Source of the DNA: Entomortierella parvispora E1425
Lineage: Eukaryota; Fungi; Mortierellomycota
Assembly (NCBI GenBank): GCA_020891255.1
Contig: BQFW01000002.1
Location: 558,001-622,000, forward strand
Reading direction: 5' to 3'
DNA: 64,000 nucleotides
In this document: positions 36,922 to 49,000 of the stretch, piece by piece
How the letters are laid out: each line of letters opens with the position of its first letter
Position numbering within the stretch: the stretch's first letter is position 1
Position numbers and translations under genes: made by a program
Notes under the pieces: model-generated
Databases searched by the model: none
Told to the model about the DNA's origin: nothing
What the model saw: only the letters and a program-made list of their open reading frames with translations

Positions 36922-38048
36922 GTATTCTGCCAGGGCGATACACAGCAACAACCGATATAACACCCACCACGATGAGCAACAGCAGCGGCCTGGAGGAGCA
37001 AAGGTGCTGGCAGTTGAAAGGGGAGCACACATCTTGTATTTTTTTTTCCTCTACCTATTTTCTTTCCAGATGCCCCGTGTCTCTTCTTGTCCAAAGAATA
37101 AAACCCCCATATATCACGATGGATTATACTGCTCTACTGCTGAAGTCTGCTGCAATTGAAGGAGGAGCTCTTGAACTGTTTGGTGGATACGTGTCGTGTT
37201 GGAGAAGACCAGGCGGATCAGGCCAGAGTTGGGTCCATTAAGGGGCGCAGGTGGTCAGAGAGAGAGACGCGGTGGCTTTGATCAAGAATGAAGAAATCGG
37301 GCGCCTTTCAGCCTGTGTGTGGTCCCTTGCAGAAGCAGCAAGCAAACCAGCTGGACCAGCCACACATCGAGCCCAGGCCGCTCTTCTCCTTCCTCACCAC
37401 CCCATCCCGCCGTGCCCTTCTTCCCTTCTTACCTCTGACTCTGTCTCCTCTCTCTTCTTCTCCTCTCTCCCCTTTTCTCCGACTGGACGTCATTTCCGCA
37501 CTGGGTAATTAGCCAGCACCAGCAACCACTCATCCACAGCAATCAATCGAACTCTGGTCAACTAATTTTAAGCCTCATTGTCCAATTAGCAAAAGGCGCA
37601 TCGTTTCTCGCAAGGAGTCAATCACACAGCGACAGCACATCTACACTGCAGAGGACAGGAATAGACAGAGCAGGTATGCATTGGAGGTCACTAGGCAGCC
37701 ACAAAAAAAGAGCGCGATCGGCGTCTGTGTGTACGCGCCATTTGGTGCATTGAAATAATTTTTGGACATGAGCCAGGGGCGGGAAGGTTGCCTCCTCTTT
37801 GTTCTGTCGCACTGTTGTCCGCCGCCTGCTGGCCTGTGCTTGACTGGATGATGTCTTTGGGCGCACTGCTGGAGTCAAAAAGGGGAAACTTGCACTTGAA
37901 ACTTGCACAGAGTACATCTTTCTCATACCTATCCGTTTCTCTTGCAGACGTAGAAACACGCCACCAACAGGATATAGAACTGCAAACACAACCCTTTATT
38001 TAACGGGATCAGCGTCAAAACATAACCTCAACAGAGTCACTAGCGTAC

Positions 38049-41000
38049 ATGTCGTCCAGAATTCGCCGTGGACCTGGTTCACCCCAACAATCATCTTCAA
38101 GGGGTACGCTCTCGCGCCAATCTTCTAAATCTGTTGTTGATTCGGAGGTTGCTCCATCCTCTCCTTCGAGATCCCGAAGAAGCAACAACAGAGGCAGGGA
38201 CTCGTCTGTGAAGGAGGAAGCTCCAGAAAAAGACTTTGGAGACGATGAAGAGGAGACTGATTCTTCTCCAGCTTCAAGATCCTCGCGATCGAGGCGCCCT
38301 ACCAGAAACGGATCTACGTTAGCCAAGAATGCCGATCCGGAACCCATGGATGTTGATGAGGATGAAGAGATGGTGGACGTGGAAGTCACTGGAAATGCAG
38401 ATGCAGCTGAGGAGGTAGACAGTGATTTGGAGGAAATCGAGGGCGAGATCGAAGAAGCCGGTGAAGCCAAAATTACCAAGGATGGCGAACTTTTAGGAGG
38501 TATAATTTGAAGGTTTTAAAGGTCTTCTGTGTCAAGGTAGTCTACAGTGGGTCCTAACCATTCTTGGTGATTTGTTGCTCCACTGAATTTTCTAGGCCGA
38601 GAATACAAGTGCAGGAACTTCAAAATGCCAACGAGAGGCAACCGCGTCTACATGATGTCGATGGACCCAGCGCGTGTTCTCGGATTCAGAGACAGTTACC
38701 TATTCTTCTTGAGGAACCCACAAATTGTCCGCGTCAACACTACGATTGAGGAAAGAGTGTGGATGATCGAAAACGGTATGCTAATGGCCAACTTCAAGAA
38801 CAAACTCATTGCAGTGGTCACGGCGCGTTCGATGTTCAAGATTTTCGGACACAGGATCGTAAAGAGGGGCAAGTCTCGTATCGACGACTACTATGAGTCT
38901 CGTGCTGCAGAGGAAACACCTGTTGCCGAATCCGAGGATGACGGTGCTGGAACATCGGAGGATGCCAGTGCATCCATGGACGCTGCCCACTCAGAGGATA
39001 CACCTGCACCAACTTCGACAGGAAAGCGGAAGCATACCTTGGCTCAAGCAGAAGAACCTGCTCGTCAGGTCACGGATCTGAACTGGCTGCATGAGAGCGC
39101 GATGGCTGTCCGAGGTCTCAACTCACAGCTTAGGGATTTGCGGAAAGAGAACCCAAGGTTTTTGGACCCCCACACCAACATTGAGCAGGTTCCTGTGCTT
39201 ACGCAGCCTAGCCGTTGCGAAATCACGGTCGCGCCAGCTCCCACCCCGGTCGACACCAAAAATCTATCGCTTTATCCAGTTGTACAGACGGTTGTGTCGA
39301 TTCCTCGTTCTATCGGACCACACGTGGACTCCAAAGTCAAGGTGGAGATTCGAGGCGCCACTCCTGCGCCACCCACTATTCAGGACCCTAATGTCTGGGC
39401 TGTCATTCCTGATGATATTAAGCAAGCATTGGAAACCGCCGCAGCGTCCAAAGCAAAGATGGAAGAAGACGACGACCAATCAAAGTTCCCATTATCATTG
39501 CTGGATGGCCAATACCAGGCTACATTCCCAGTGTAAGTAGGCATGCACGGGCTGTTTCCCCCCCCCCCCCCTTTTTTTTTCTTTCTTAAAATTCATAGAA
39601 TGTCCGCGTTAACTAGATGTATACGCTTTTTTCTAGCCATCAAGCTCGTTTCCAACAACCTTACCGCGTCGTACTGCCGCAGAGTATGACAGGACATGCG
39701 CAATATCTTCATTATCTTAACTCATTGCAGCCTCGAGAGCCTGGTCCAATTATGGAACAAACGACATTGCCTGGCCATGTATCTGCGGAGGATGCTAGGT
39801 TGCTCCAGCTTCAGATGCAACAACAACAGGAACAACAGCTTCAGCAACAGCTTCAGCAACAGCAGGCCAAAATCCAACAGCAGCAGGCTCTATTGGATCA
39901 GCAAGCAGCGGCCAACAAAAAGGCTGAAACACCTCAAGTATGCACTACATCTGTCATTCGATGATATCTTGAACAGATTGGATTATGTAGAGTGGATCGA
40001 CTCTAACAACTGCTCCTTTTCTAAAATTAGCCTCAAAGTCATGGAATTGTTTGCAATGCGCCTCTGAAGACTGGGCTTGGATACTGTCAACGACTTGTTA
40101 GCACGCAAGGCGAGCACTGTCCTCTTCATCGTGTTCCTTACACGATCGCAGGAGCCCCCAATGGCAAAATGGGAGGCCCTCCTACCTGTGGAACCTGCCA
40201 CCAGCAGTCGGCACCGGAGAGTACAATGGACACTCGAAAGCCCATTCCTTGCGCCCCAACTCATCTTAACAAATGCAAAACGTGCAGTAAGGACTTCCAT
40301 CCTCTGTGCCTACAGCTGGATACGCCAAGACTTGTTGCTGGAATCGCATCCTATCCATGGCAATGCAGCGACTGTAAGCTTTGCGTGGTTTGCTTGGACT
40401 CTGGAGACGAAGCTACGCTGCTGATTTGCGATGCCTGCGATCGAGGATGGCACATGGATTGTTGCGACCCTGCCATCAAAGAAGTTCCTCAAGGTAAGAA
40501 TTGACGGACTCTATGTGAGGATGATATCAATGAAGGAACATTTCTGATTTTGGATCCCGTTTGATCTGGCTACTATTTTAGGTGAATGGCTCTGTACTTT
40601 CTGCGCCATGTGCCACTCTTGCCGCGGGAACGAGATTCCAACGACAAAATATAAGCACGCAGATGCTCCTGCTACTGCCAAAGGAAAGTACCCAACGTTT
40701 GTGTGCACATACTGGTAAGACATCATCTCTTGCTGTTGTAGGTGGAGTACTGTGGTTTTTTTCGATGCCCCGTTATATTTACTGATTCTGTCCTTTTTAC
40801 TCTCTGATCACTCTACGAACAGTGTTGTTTGTAGCGACAATTTTGCAAAGGGTCGATTCTGCCCTGTGTGCTTGAAGACTTACCGGAGCGACAGTGGCGA
40901 GGATGGCAGTCAATCGGATGCAGTGGGCGATGATGACAACAATATGGTCTGCTGTGACGAGTGTAACCGTTGGGTGCATATGGATTGCGACGGCCAATTG

Positions 41001-41423
41001 ACAGAAGAGAAGGTGGAGGAGATGGGCGAGGATGAAAGCGTAAAGTACACATGCCCACTCTGTGCAGGAAAGGTGGCGCCTATTAAGGCCGGTCCCGCCA
41101 ACGTCTCAAGTGCAGCCCCGGAGGTTGTTCAGCAGAGCCTGACGGCACAGGCGCCTCCTCAGGGTAAAGCATGCGGTGTGTTGGGAGGAAAGATGCGTGT
41201 CCGTGGTCTAGTCGAGTTCCAGGGCAAGAAGTTGGGCGTGCCCGAGATCATTGGAGCAGGGGTGGAATATGACCGGAAGTTAGTCTCGGAACTTGCCGCT
41301 CTCAAGATCAAGAGCGCAAAGAGGAAGAGGGGACGCCAAACCAAGAGTCCTGTTCGTCGATCATCGATTGCATCCTCAACCTCTTCATCCCTGTCTTCGC
41401 TGACCGGGTCTGTTGATAGTTAG
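38049..41423 (+). CDS. SWI/SNF-RSC subunit-like protein: Rsc7/Swp82 (CRC) domain plus triple PHD finger, multi-exon
   Basis: GEAKITKDGELLGG|REYKCRNF...YMMSMDPARVLGFRDSYLFFLRN...VVTARSMFKIFGHRIVKRG...DDYYE (CRC domain). Later CKTCSKDFHPLCL...WQCSDCKLCVVC...LLICDACDRGWHMDC..P....P.G|EWLC..C and FAKGRFCPVC...MVCCDECNRWVHMDC...YTCPLC. Confidence 0.85.
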
Positions 41424-42428
41424 TCTTTTGTTTTGGCTCGTTATTCGTCCGCCCAGCGTGGACTGTTTGGCTGTGGTGTGTCTACCTACTTCTTTCTTTG
41501 TTTCTCTCTCTCATCTCTTGTTTGTTTTTATTGTAATACATTCTCTCGATCTTTTCGAGAGGCCCTTATTTTTTTTTTTTTTGTTCAACTCCCTCTGCCT
41601 CCCCCTGAGGATCTCGCGTGCCTCTTTGTTTCCTTTTTACGTATGAGAGCGACCGTCCCTTAGGATCTCTTCGTGGTATTGGTGGATCAGTTGAACTAGG
41701 GCAAGGGATGAATGCATGCGTCGTCCCCCAATCAAGGCTGTTCGGACGGACAGACACAGACAGGGACTGGTGGATCCGAGACAAAAATATGACGAGCAAC
41801 GAGAAAAAGAGCAACCATGGCCGCAAAGTAGTAACCCGAAGGTAGGCGTCGCTTGTTGTTTGCTGTTTGTTATTTTTTGCGGGTTTATTGATTGTTGAAT
41901 GGTGCTCTTGCTTTGGACATTCCCAGATCCGCCAGAGGGATGCACAAGCCTGGCGCGCGCGCGCGCTAAGGATGGGCAGGACAGGACAAAAGGACTGGCT
42001 GAATCGGATGGACAGCATCGAGGCACAGACAGCATTGAGGCACAGACAGGACATGCCCAGCATCATCATCTCACCCCTTTGCTCCGCGTTTTTGTCCCTT
42101 TTTTAAAAATATGAGGGAACAGCAGGACCCATCCATCCGTCCCATGGGGTTTGCTTCTCTCTCTCTTTCTCTTACTTCTTTTTTTCATTATTGTATTGCT
42201 CTCCCTTTGCTTCGACCTTTGGCTCATTCCTCCTGTCCTCTCCTCATTCCTTTCTGGCATTCGACATTCAGACCTTGTCCAGGGAAACTGAATAAAAATA
42301 AACACAGACACGCACAGTCCACCGACAAGGATCTCCTCTTCTTCATCCTCATTCTCAACTCTAAAAAACGAGGATTCCCGCCTTATCTCTCTTCTCCAGG
42401 AACAAAAAGGCATCCGACATAGCGAACG

Positions 42429-44615
42429 ATGGAGTCCATGCACTCACAGCCCTGTCCCCAGAATCCTCCTCAGACCTTCCTGGACAAGAAGCCGCCGCTC
42501 CTGCCGCGTCAATCCACCAGTGATGTCCTTTCCTTTACCCACATTATCGCCAACCGCTTGAGTCCTGGCCAGAACGTCTGGGACTTCTTCTCGCCTGCAC
42601 CAGATCCCGATGCACGATTGTCAGAGAGCAGCAATGGCCAGCTTCTCTCGCCCATATCCCCAACCTTTGCCAACTCAATCACTCCCTCGAGTCCTCAACA
42701 ACACCAACAACACCAACAGCAGATCCAGCATGCCACAAGTGCTCCAGCAACCCGGTCCCCGTCTCCTTCGGCCCAGCTTCCTCCGTTGATGTTGGGCGGA
42801 GTTGCTGGTCGGAGGCAGAGTACGATCCTTGGATGTGAAACGATCCAAGAGAAGAGCATCCTGACAACGGCCACCATGGACCGCTGCATCTCCCAACCAC
42901 TGACAACCGCAGAATATCGACCACCACCACCGCCGCCACCACCACAGCCTTCGTCGCCTCAGCCTGCAGCGACAGCAACAGGGGCAGTAACGGGAGCAGA
43001 GACAGGAATAGGCGTCTTATCTGCCGCGGCTGCTACATCCCAAGCGCTGTCTGTCATACCCGATGCTTCTCCGTTGACTACGCCCAGGCTCAAAAAACGT
43101 CGTTCTTTTGCGCAATCGCTCAAGAGTGGAATGCTCAGCCTCACACAAATGCTCTCACCCACCTCGGCCTCGTTTAATTTAAACAGCAATGGCAGCAGCA
43201 CAGCCGTCTCGTCATGTTTACCGAGTCCGACCAGAATAGCGGGACCACCCCATTACAACATCTTGGTGCTGGGCTCAGATTCGGCGCCGCTGGCGAGCAC
43301 GCTTTACAAGATGTCTAGTCTTTTGCCGGCCGCAAGCAAGATCCGACATTACCAAGAGATCTCCGGGTTCTTTGTTGCGTATTTTCGTTCCAATGGCTCG
43401 TTCTCCTGTTCACCCAAAACATCCACGGAAGTGAGTGAACGTGGGACGGGCTCGGCCAAGAAACGTGGCTCTACGTCTAGCCAGGGATCAGGGAGGACGC
43501 GAGCAACAGAACCGCCGGTGGCAGCGTTGCTGGAGAGAAAACTGAGTGGGTTGTTTGAGGACGAAGTCAAACCCCGCCGAAGGTCTATCCAGGATTCAGA
43601 CAACGAAGATGCCACGCCTGAAGAAGATCAGGACCAGGAGAACAGAAGTCATGAAGAAAGAGGAGACAATGAGTCCTTGAAGTCGTTCAAGATGCAGAGT
43701 CGATCGAGCGAAGAGACCTTGCACCAGCTCAAGACATCATCAATGAACTGCGTTACCGTAGGAGGCAGTACTGCCGCCACGAATAGCAAAGGAAGCAGCC
43801 CTTCTCCTCGCAGCGATGATGGGTCCTTCAGCAGCGCAAGCACTACGGGTGGTGTTCTCGAAAATGAGAAAGAGGAGGTCCTTGTTCTGGAAGAGAACGG
43901 CGAGCTCAAGGATACCAGCGATGGAACGGCCTCTATTGCCGATACAGTCGAAACCATGACCGAGGACGATATCACCAACGCTCCTCCAACTGAGATCTCT
44001 GAAACAGGTTTGGCCGATGGAAAAGACGAAGACGAAGAAGAGAAGGAGGAAACACCAGCCGAGGTGAACCCATCCGCCAACGCAACGCTATCTGTGCACG
44101 CTTTCTCATTGGACACGACCTGGCCTGTGCCTCGGATCTTGGCTCAGACGTTTTGGTTTCCGTTTGCTCATGGCATCATCTACATTGTGGACGCGACTCG
44201 CAAGAACGATCCACGAGGCATTGATCACTTGTTGAACGCACGGCAATTCTTGGCCTCGCTGATTGCGGACCCATTTTTTAAACGCAAGGATATCCCTGTG
44301 GTCGTGTTTGCTAATAAGGCCGGACTGGACCCCGAGACCTGCTATCGAGTGGATGAGATTGCAGAGATCCTGGGATGCGAAGACTGGGATGTCGTCTCGG
44401 CAGGGTCTGACGATGGAGATCAAACACCCACATCTGGTGGGGGAATGATGGCGATGATGATGCGGAAGACCAAGAGCGAAGAAGAGTCGCCAGCATCGAA
44501 GCATCGAACGCGACCTTGGTGTGTAAAGAGCACACGATCCGATGGAGCAGGCGATGGGCTGAGAGAGTCTGTCGAGTGGCTCAAGAGTCGTATGGGCGAA
44601 GTTTGGAGGACATGA
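42429..44615 (+). CDS. Arf/Arl-fold pseudo-GTPase with long disordered N-terminus and interswitch insertion, intronless (728 aa)
   Basis: NILVLGSDSAPLASTLYKM aligns with Arf RILMVGLDAAGKTTILYKL. Also HGIIYIVDAT, DIPVVVFANK, EIAEILG, RPWCVKST..G.GDGLRESVEWL, all Arf-like in order. Confidence 0.75.
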   Translation: MESMHSQPCPQNPPQTFLDKKPPLLPRQSTSDVLSFTHIIANRLSPGQNVWDFFSPAPDPDARLSESSNGQLLSPISPTFANSITPSSPQQHQQHQQQIQHATSAPATRSPSPSAQLPPLMLGGVAGRRQSTILGCETIQEKSILTTATMDRCISQPLTTAEYRPPPPPPPPQPSSPQPAATATGAVTGAETGIGVLSAAAATSQALSVIPDASPLTTPRLKKRRSFAQSLKSGMLSLTQMLSPTSASFNLNSNGSSTAVSSCLPSPTRIAGPPHYNILVLGSDSAPLASTLYKMSSLLPAASKIRHYQEISGFFVAYFRSNGSFSCSPKTSTEVSERGTGSAKKRGSTSSQGSGRTRATEPPVAALLERKLSGLFEDEVKPRRRSIQDSDNEDATPEEDQDQENRSHEERGDNESLKSFKMQSRSSEETLHQLKTSSMNCVTVGGSTAATNSKGSSPSPRSDDGSFSSASTTGGVLENEKEEVLVLEENGELKDTSDGTASIADTVETMTEDDITNAPPTEISETGLADGKDEDEEEKEETPAEVNPSANATLSVHAFSLDTTWPVPRILAQTFWFPFAHGIIYIVDATRKNDPRGIDHLLNARQFLASLIADPFFKRKDIPVVVFANKAGLDPETCYRVDEIAEILGCEDWDVVSAGSDDGDQTPTSGGGMMAMMMRKTKSEEESPASKHRTRPWCVKSTRSDGAGDGLRESVEWLKSRMGEVWRT

Positions 44616-45034
44616 GAAGGATCCTTTGGGCAGAAACTGTTTATCTATTCCCTATGCATGCCACATGCTACTTGTAATTAAAAAAAAGACCTTGCTCAAG
44701 GACCCATCACTCGAAAATACAAAACACGCGCTGTACTCTTGAACAGTTGGATGAAGAAGCCCGCCTGGAAAGAGCCAGTTGGATTATCGACCACCTTTCT
44801 GTTTTTTTTATCGAACCCATCATACTCCATCATCATCATCGGCTGCTGCTACGGCATGGCCGAGGATCCCGCTTCTTGTTTATCTCTTCTTTTCTTCATA
44901 CTGCACTCGCTTCCTTTCACCCCTCCTCACCATTTTCAACAGTGCCGTTCCTAAAACACTTTACCAAAACCAAAGCTCCCGACCCATACCCTATCATCCC
45001 TCATCGCCTCTTGCCCGCCACTCGCAGACTCAGC

Positions 45035-45724
45035 ATGTCCGCCGCATCCTCCAGCCGTCAGGCCACCCAAGAAATTGCCGAGGACATGGGCAACAAGATG
45101 ACCGAGAACACTCGACAGGTCGTCAACACGGTCCGACAGCTCTCGATCGTTCAAAAGTACATCACCCCCGCCTTTCAATACGTTCAGCAAAAGTACCGCC
45201 AATGCCCGGCCGTTCTCCGCTTCTCCCTCTTGACCTTTGCCGCCTTGAGCGCGGTCCCAGTCGCGTGCTTCACGGGCTTTATGGCGATGGTCACGATCGG
45301 TTGCTTGATCGTTGCCGGAATCGCCTTCACTATCGTCGAGGTAAGGGAATGCTGTCGCCTTTTTTTTAAAGTTATCCTCCCATTTCACATGAGGGGTTGT
45401 TTGATCATCATTTCCCTCTGATCTTTTTTTTTTTTTTTTTTGTTGACCTTGGTTCATCACCACAGGAATCCTAACCGCTTTGATGTTGTCGTCAAATCCA
45501 AACAATAGGGAGGCTTTGCCGCGTTCGCATCATTGTTCCTGTTGCCGGCCATGGGCGTGGTCCTTTTGTTGACTTGCGGATTGGGAGCAGTGGGACTGAT
45601 CGCGTACGCCTGCTACAGGACTCTTCTCTACGTCCTTGCCATTTTCAACCCCCCGGCCGCTCGAGAAACTCAGCGCAAGGTCGATCAGGGAGTTGAACGT
45701 GCCCAGCAGCGAGCAGCTCATTAA
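45035..45724 (+). CDS. Promethin/LDAF1-like lipid-droplet membrane protein (2 exons)
   Basis: Long hydrophobic hairpins FSLLTFAALSAVPVACFTGFMAMVTIGCLIVAGIAFTIVE|GGFAAFASLFLLPAMGVVLLLTCGLGAVGLIAY. Intron from GTAAGG at 45341 to caatag near 45508. Confidence 0.72.
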
Positions 45725-46033
45725 AACGTACATGGAGACGGAGGACGAGTCTTTCTCAATGGAAATACACCCAATGAAAAGTTGCTTTCTAGTTATCTGT
45801 CTTTAGTTCTTGACCAGCATCCAAATAATCCAGGCAGCGCCAACCCCCCTCCATGTACTTTTCTCCCTTTTTCACAATGAAAACAAGCCCAGAAAAAATT
45901 TGAAGAGCTTTAATGAGAACGATTAGAGATATGGATGAGAGGAGAGAAAACTTCGTTTTGCTATGCCTTTTTCTAAGGGCAGAAACGGATTAATAAAATG
46001 CAAGTAAATGGGGTGGGTTTTTTTTCTATCTCT

Positions 46034-49000
46034 TCAGAGTCCAGCCAAAGCACGGAGATGAGCCGTGTTCTTGGCGCCGGTTTCGGCGACCATGTGGGAA
46101 AAGACGGAATCAGGGTTGCTGAGCAAATTGCGAGGGGTATCGTACTCGGCGACCTGTCCTTGGTGCATGACCAGGATGCGATCGTAATCGATGATGGTGT
46201 TGATTCTGTGAGCGACTGTCACTACCGTCGATTGAGCAAAGTCAATGCGAATGGCCTTTTGGATCAACGCGTCAGTTGCCATGTCAACACTAGCCGTGGC
46301 TATAGAAAACAGAATAAAGTAGTTGAAGGGGGTTACAATGCAAGTCCACCGACAATGAAACCAGCTTTTTTTATCGGTTGAAAAAATTGCGCCTTCCATA
46401 CCTTCATCCAGAACGACAATCTTGGATTTAGCGAGCAAGGCACGGGACAGACAAATGAGTTGACGCTGACCTGCACTCAAGTTCTCACCGAGGGCCGAAA
46501 CCATGGCGTCCAAACCGCCTTCCTGTGCTTGAACATAGGTTTTCAGATCCGACGTTTCCAAAACCTGCCAGAGCTCTTGCTCAGTGTGGCGAGACAATGG
46601 GTCGAGATTGTAGCGAATCGTGCCCTGGAACAAGACAGGATCTTGAGGAATGATACCAATTTTGGGTCTCAAGTCTGCAGTTCCTAGAGTCGTGGTATCA
46701 ATTCCATCCAGCAAGATCTGTCCTCCATCAAGTTCACTCAGCAAGAACAGTGCCTGGATCAAAGATGATTTACCGGCACCTGTGCGGCCCACCACGCCAA
46801 CTGAAAGAAGAAGAAAAAAAGAAAGAAAAATGTCAATGTCAATGTCAGCAAGTACAAGACAACCATGACTGTAATAGAACCGTTCTTACCTTTGTGGCCT
46901 GGTGCAATTTCAAACGAGATATCACGCAAAACTCTTGGAAGTTCGGGACGGTATCGCATTGACACATTCTTGAAGGAAATCGCTCCCTTGCTGGGCCACG
47001 ACGGATCTGGCTTGTTGTCGGGCCTCTCTGCATCGCGCTCCAAGTCCAGATTCTCCACATAGTGAACCAAACGCTCAGCAGAGTTCATATTGTTCTCCAG
47101 AGTGGATAACCGTTGCACACCCCAGTTCAGATCACCAGAGATTCTAGCCAGATAACTCAGAACCAAGCCGGCCGAACTAGGGTTGATCTTGAAACGAGTA
47201 GCAGTTACCATCACTACCGTTGAGAAGGTCAACAAGGCTCCCAGAACGTTCACACGCATAGAGACCCAACGTGCCCCCAACTGGAAGAGATAGTAAGGAC
47301 GGTTGTTGAGATCGATTCGGTATTCGTTCTTGAGGATAGCCTTGTCAACCACATTGTAGGCCTTGAGGGTACCAAGACCTGTCAGGGATTCGGAAAAGTA
47401 GGCGTAGAGATAGGATCGCATGTTGGAATCAAGACGCTTGACTTCACGGGAGGTGGTTCGGTAGTAGATGGAGAGCGCGTAGTAGAGTCCGAGAAGAGGG
47501 ACGATGGCAATCATGAGGAGAGGGAAAGTCACAATGACCAGTGCGATGGTACCGAGAATAGTCACGAGCGTGATAGTTAACTCATACAGAGTGCTCCACA
47601 GGATATTGTCAAGGGTGTCCACATCACGACTGAATCTATATTCGGAAATATCAAGAGAAATAACATACAAAGGTGCTCTGTTAGTTACCCGATAGTCATG
47701 GCAATGCGACAGAAAGCGGATGCCATGGCGCCGATTACTCACCTGTTGATGATTCGGCCCAAGGGCGTTGTATCAAAGAAGGACAGAGGAGAGCGCAAAA
47801 CACGCTTGAACGCTTTGTCATGCATACTGTTTGCAGTCTTAACAATTGTGTAGGACAAAGACAAAGCTGCGCCGAAAACGAGAACCATCTGAGTCAGGGC
47901 CCATCCTACGTAGATACCAATGTACTGGCGAGTTGACAATGGGAACTGCTCGTTAGACCACCAGGTCATCCATTGATTGCCCCTGTCAAATAATTGAAAG
48001 TAAGGTGTTAGTTGTTGAAGGAAGAGGGGGCTCTAGAATTTTATCCGCCCTTCATCAGAGTATCATCAACTTACAAGACGTTGGCAACTTGTTGCGCGAT
48101 GAAGAGACCAAATGTGAGTGCCCACAGATGCCATCCAGAGGCTTTAAGGTACCCTCCATAGACGTTCTTTTTCACGGCTCCAGACTCTCGCTCTTCATCC
48201 GTCATGAGTTTCTGAGGCTTGGTCTCTGCCATCTCCACGGATCTACGATGGTCACCTTCAACTTCATCCTTGAACCGACTGTCCTTCTTCTCATCCATTC
48301 CATCTTCACTCAATTCAGCCTTTCCAATCGCCTTGGTTTCTGGCTGAATATCATCAAACGTAATATCCAGCTCCTCCTTGTCGCCTTTAGATTGGACACC
48401 TCCGTATTGAGCCATGAGAGCGCAAAAATCGCCATCTTTGGCAATCAAATCCTTGTAGGTGCCCTCCTCTGCAATCTTGCCGTCCTTCATGCAGAGCACA
48501 TAGTCTACATCTGGCAGAACGTGCAATTGATGGGTCGCAATCACACGTGTCCGTCCAGCCAACTCCTTCATCAAGCAATCCTCCCAAAGACTCTTGCCCA
48601 CATGGGCATCCACGGCCGACAATGGATCGTCCATGATCACCAATCCAGATCGGAAGTAGACGCTGCGAGCCAAAGACAAACGGGCCTTCTGTCCACCAGA
48701 CAAGTTCACACCTCTCTCTCCAATTTCGGTTTGGTCTCCAAAGGGGAACAACTTGAGATCCTGCTCCAACGAACAAGCCCTGATCACGCCCCAGTACCGT
48801 TCCTCGTCAAAGGGAGTATCAAACAGAATGTTGTCTCGAATCGTGGCGTTCTGGATCCATGCTGTCTGAGCCGCGTAACTGATGTTGGTTCCCCGGGTGA
48901 CTTTGCCTTGAGAGATGGTCATGTTGCCAATCATGGCTTGCAACAGAGATGATTTGCCACTGCCCACGGGTCCTACTACTGCGACAAGGGATCCTCGCGC

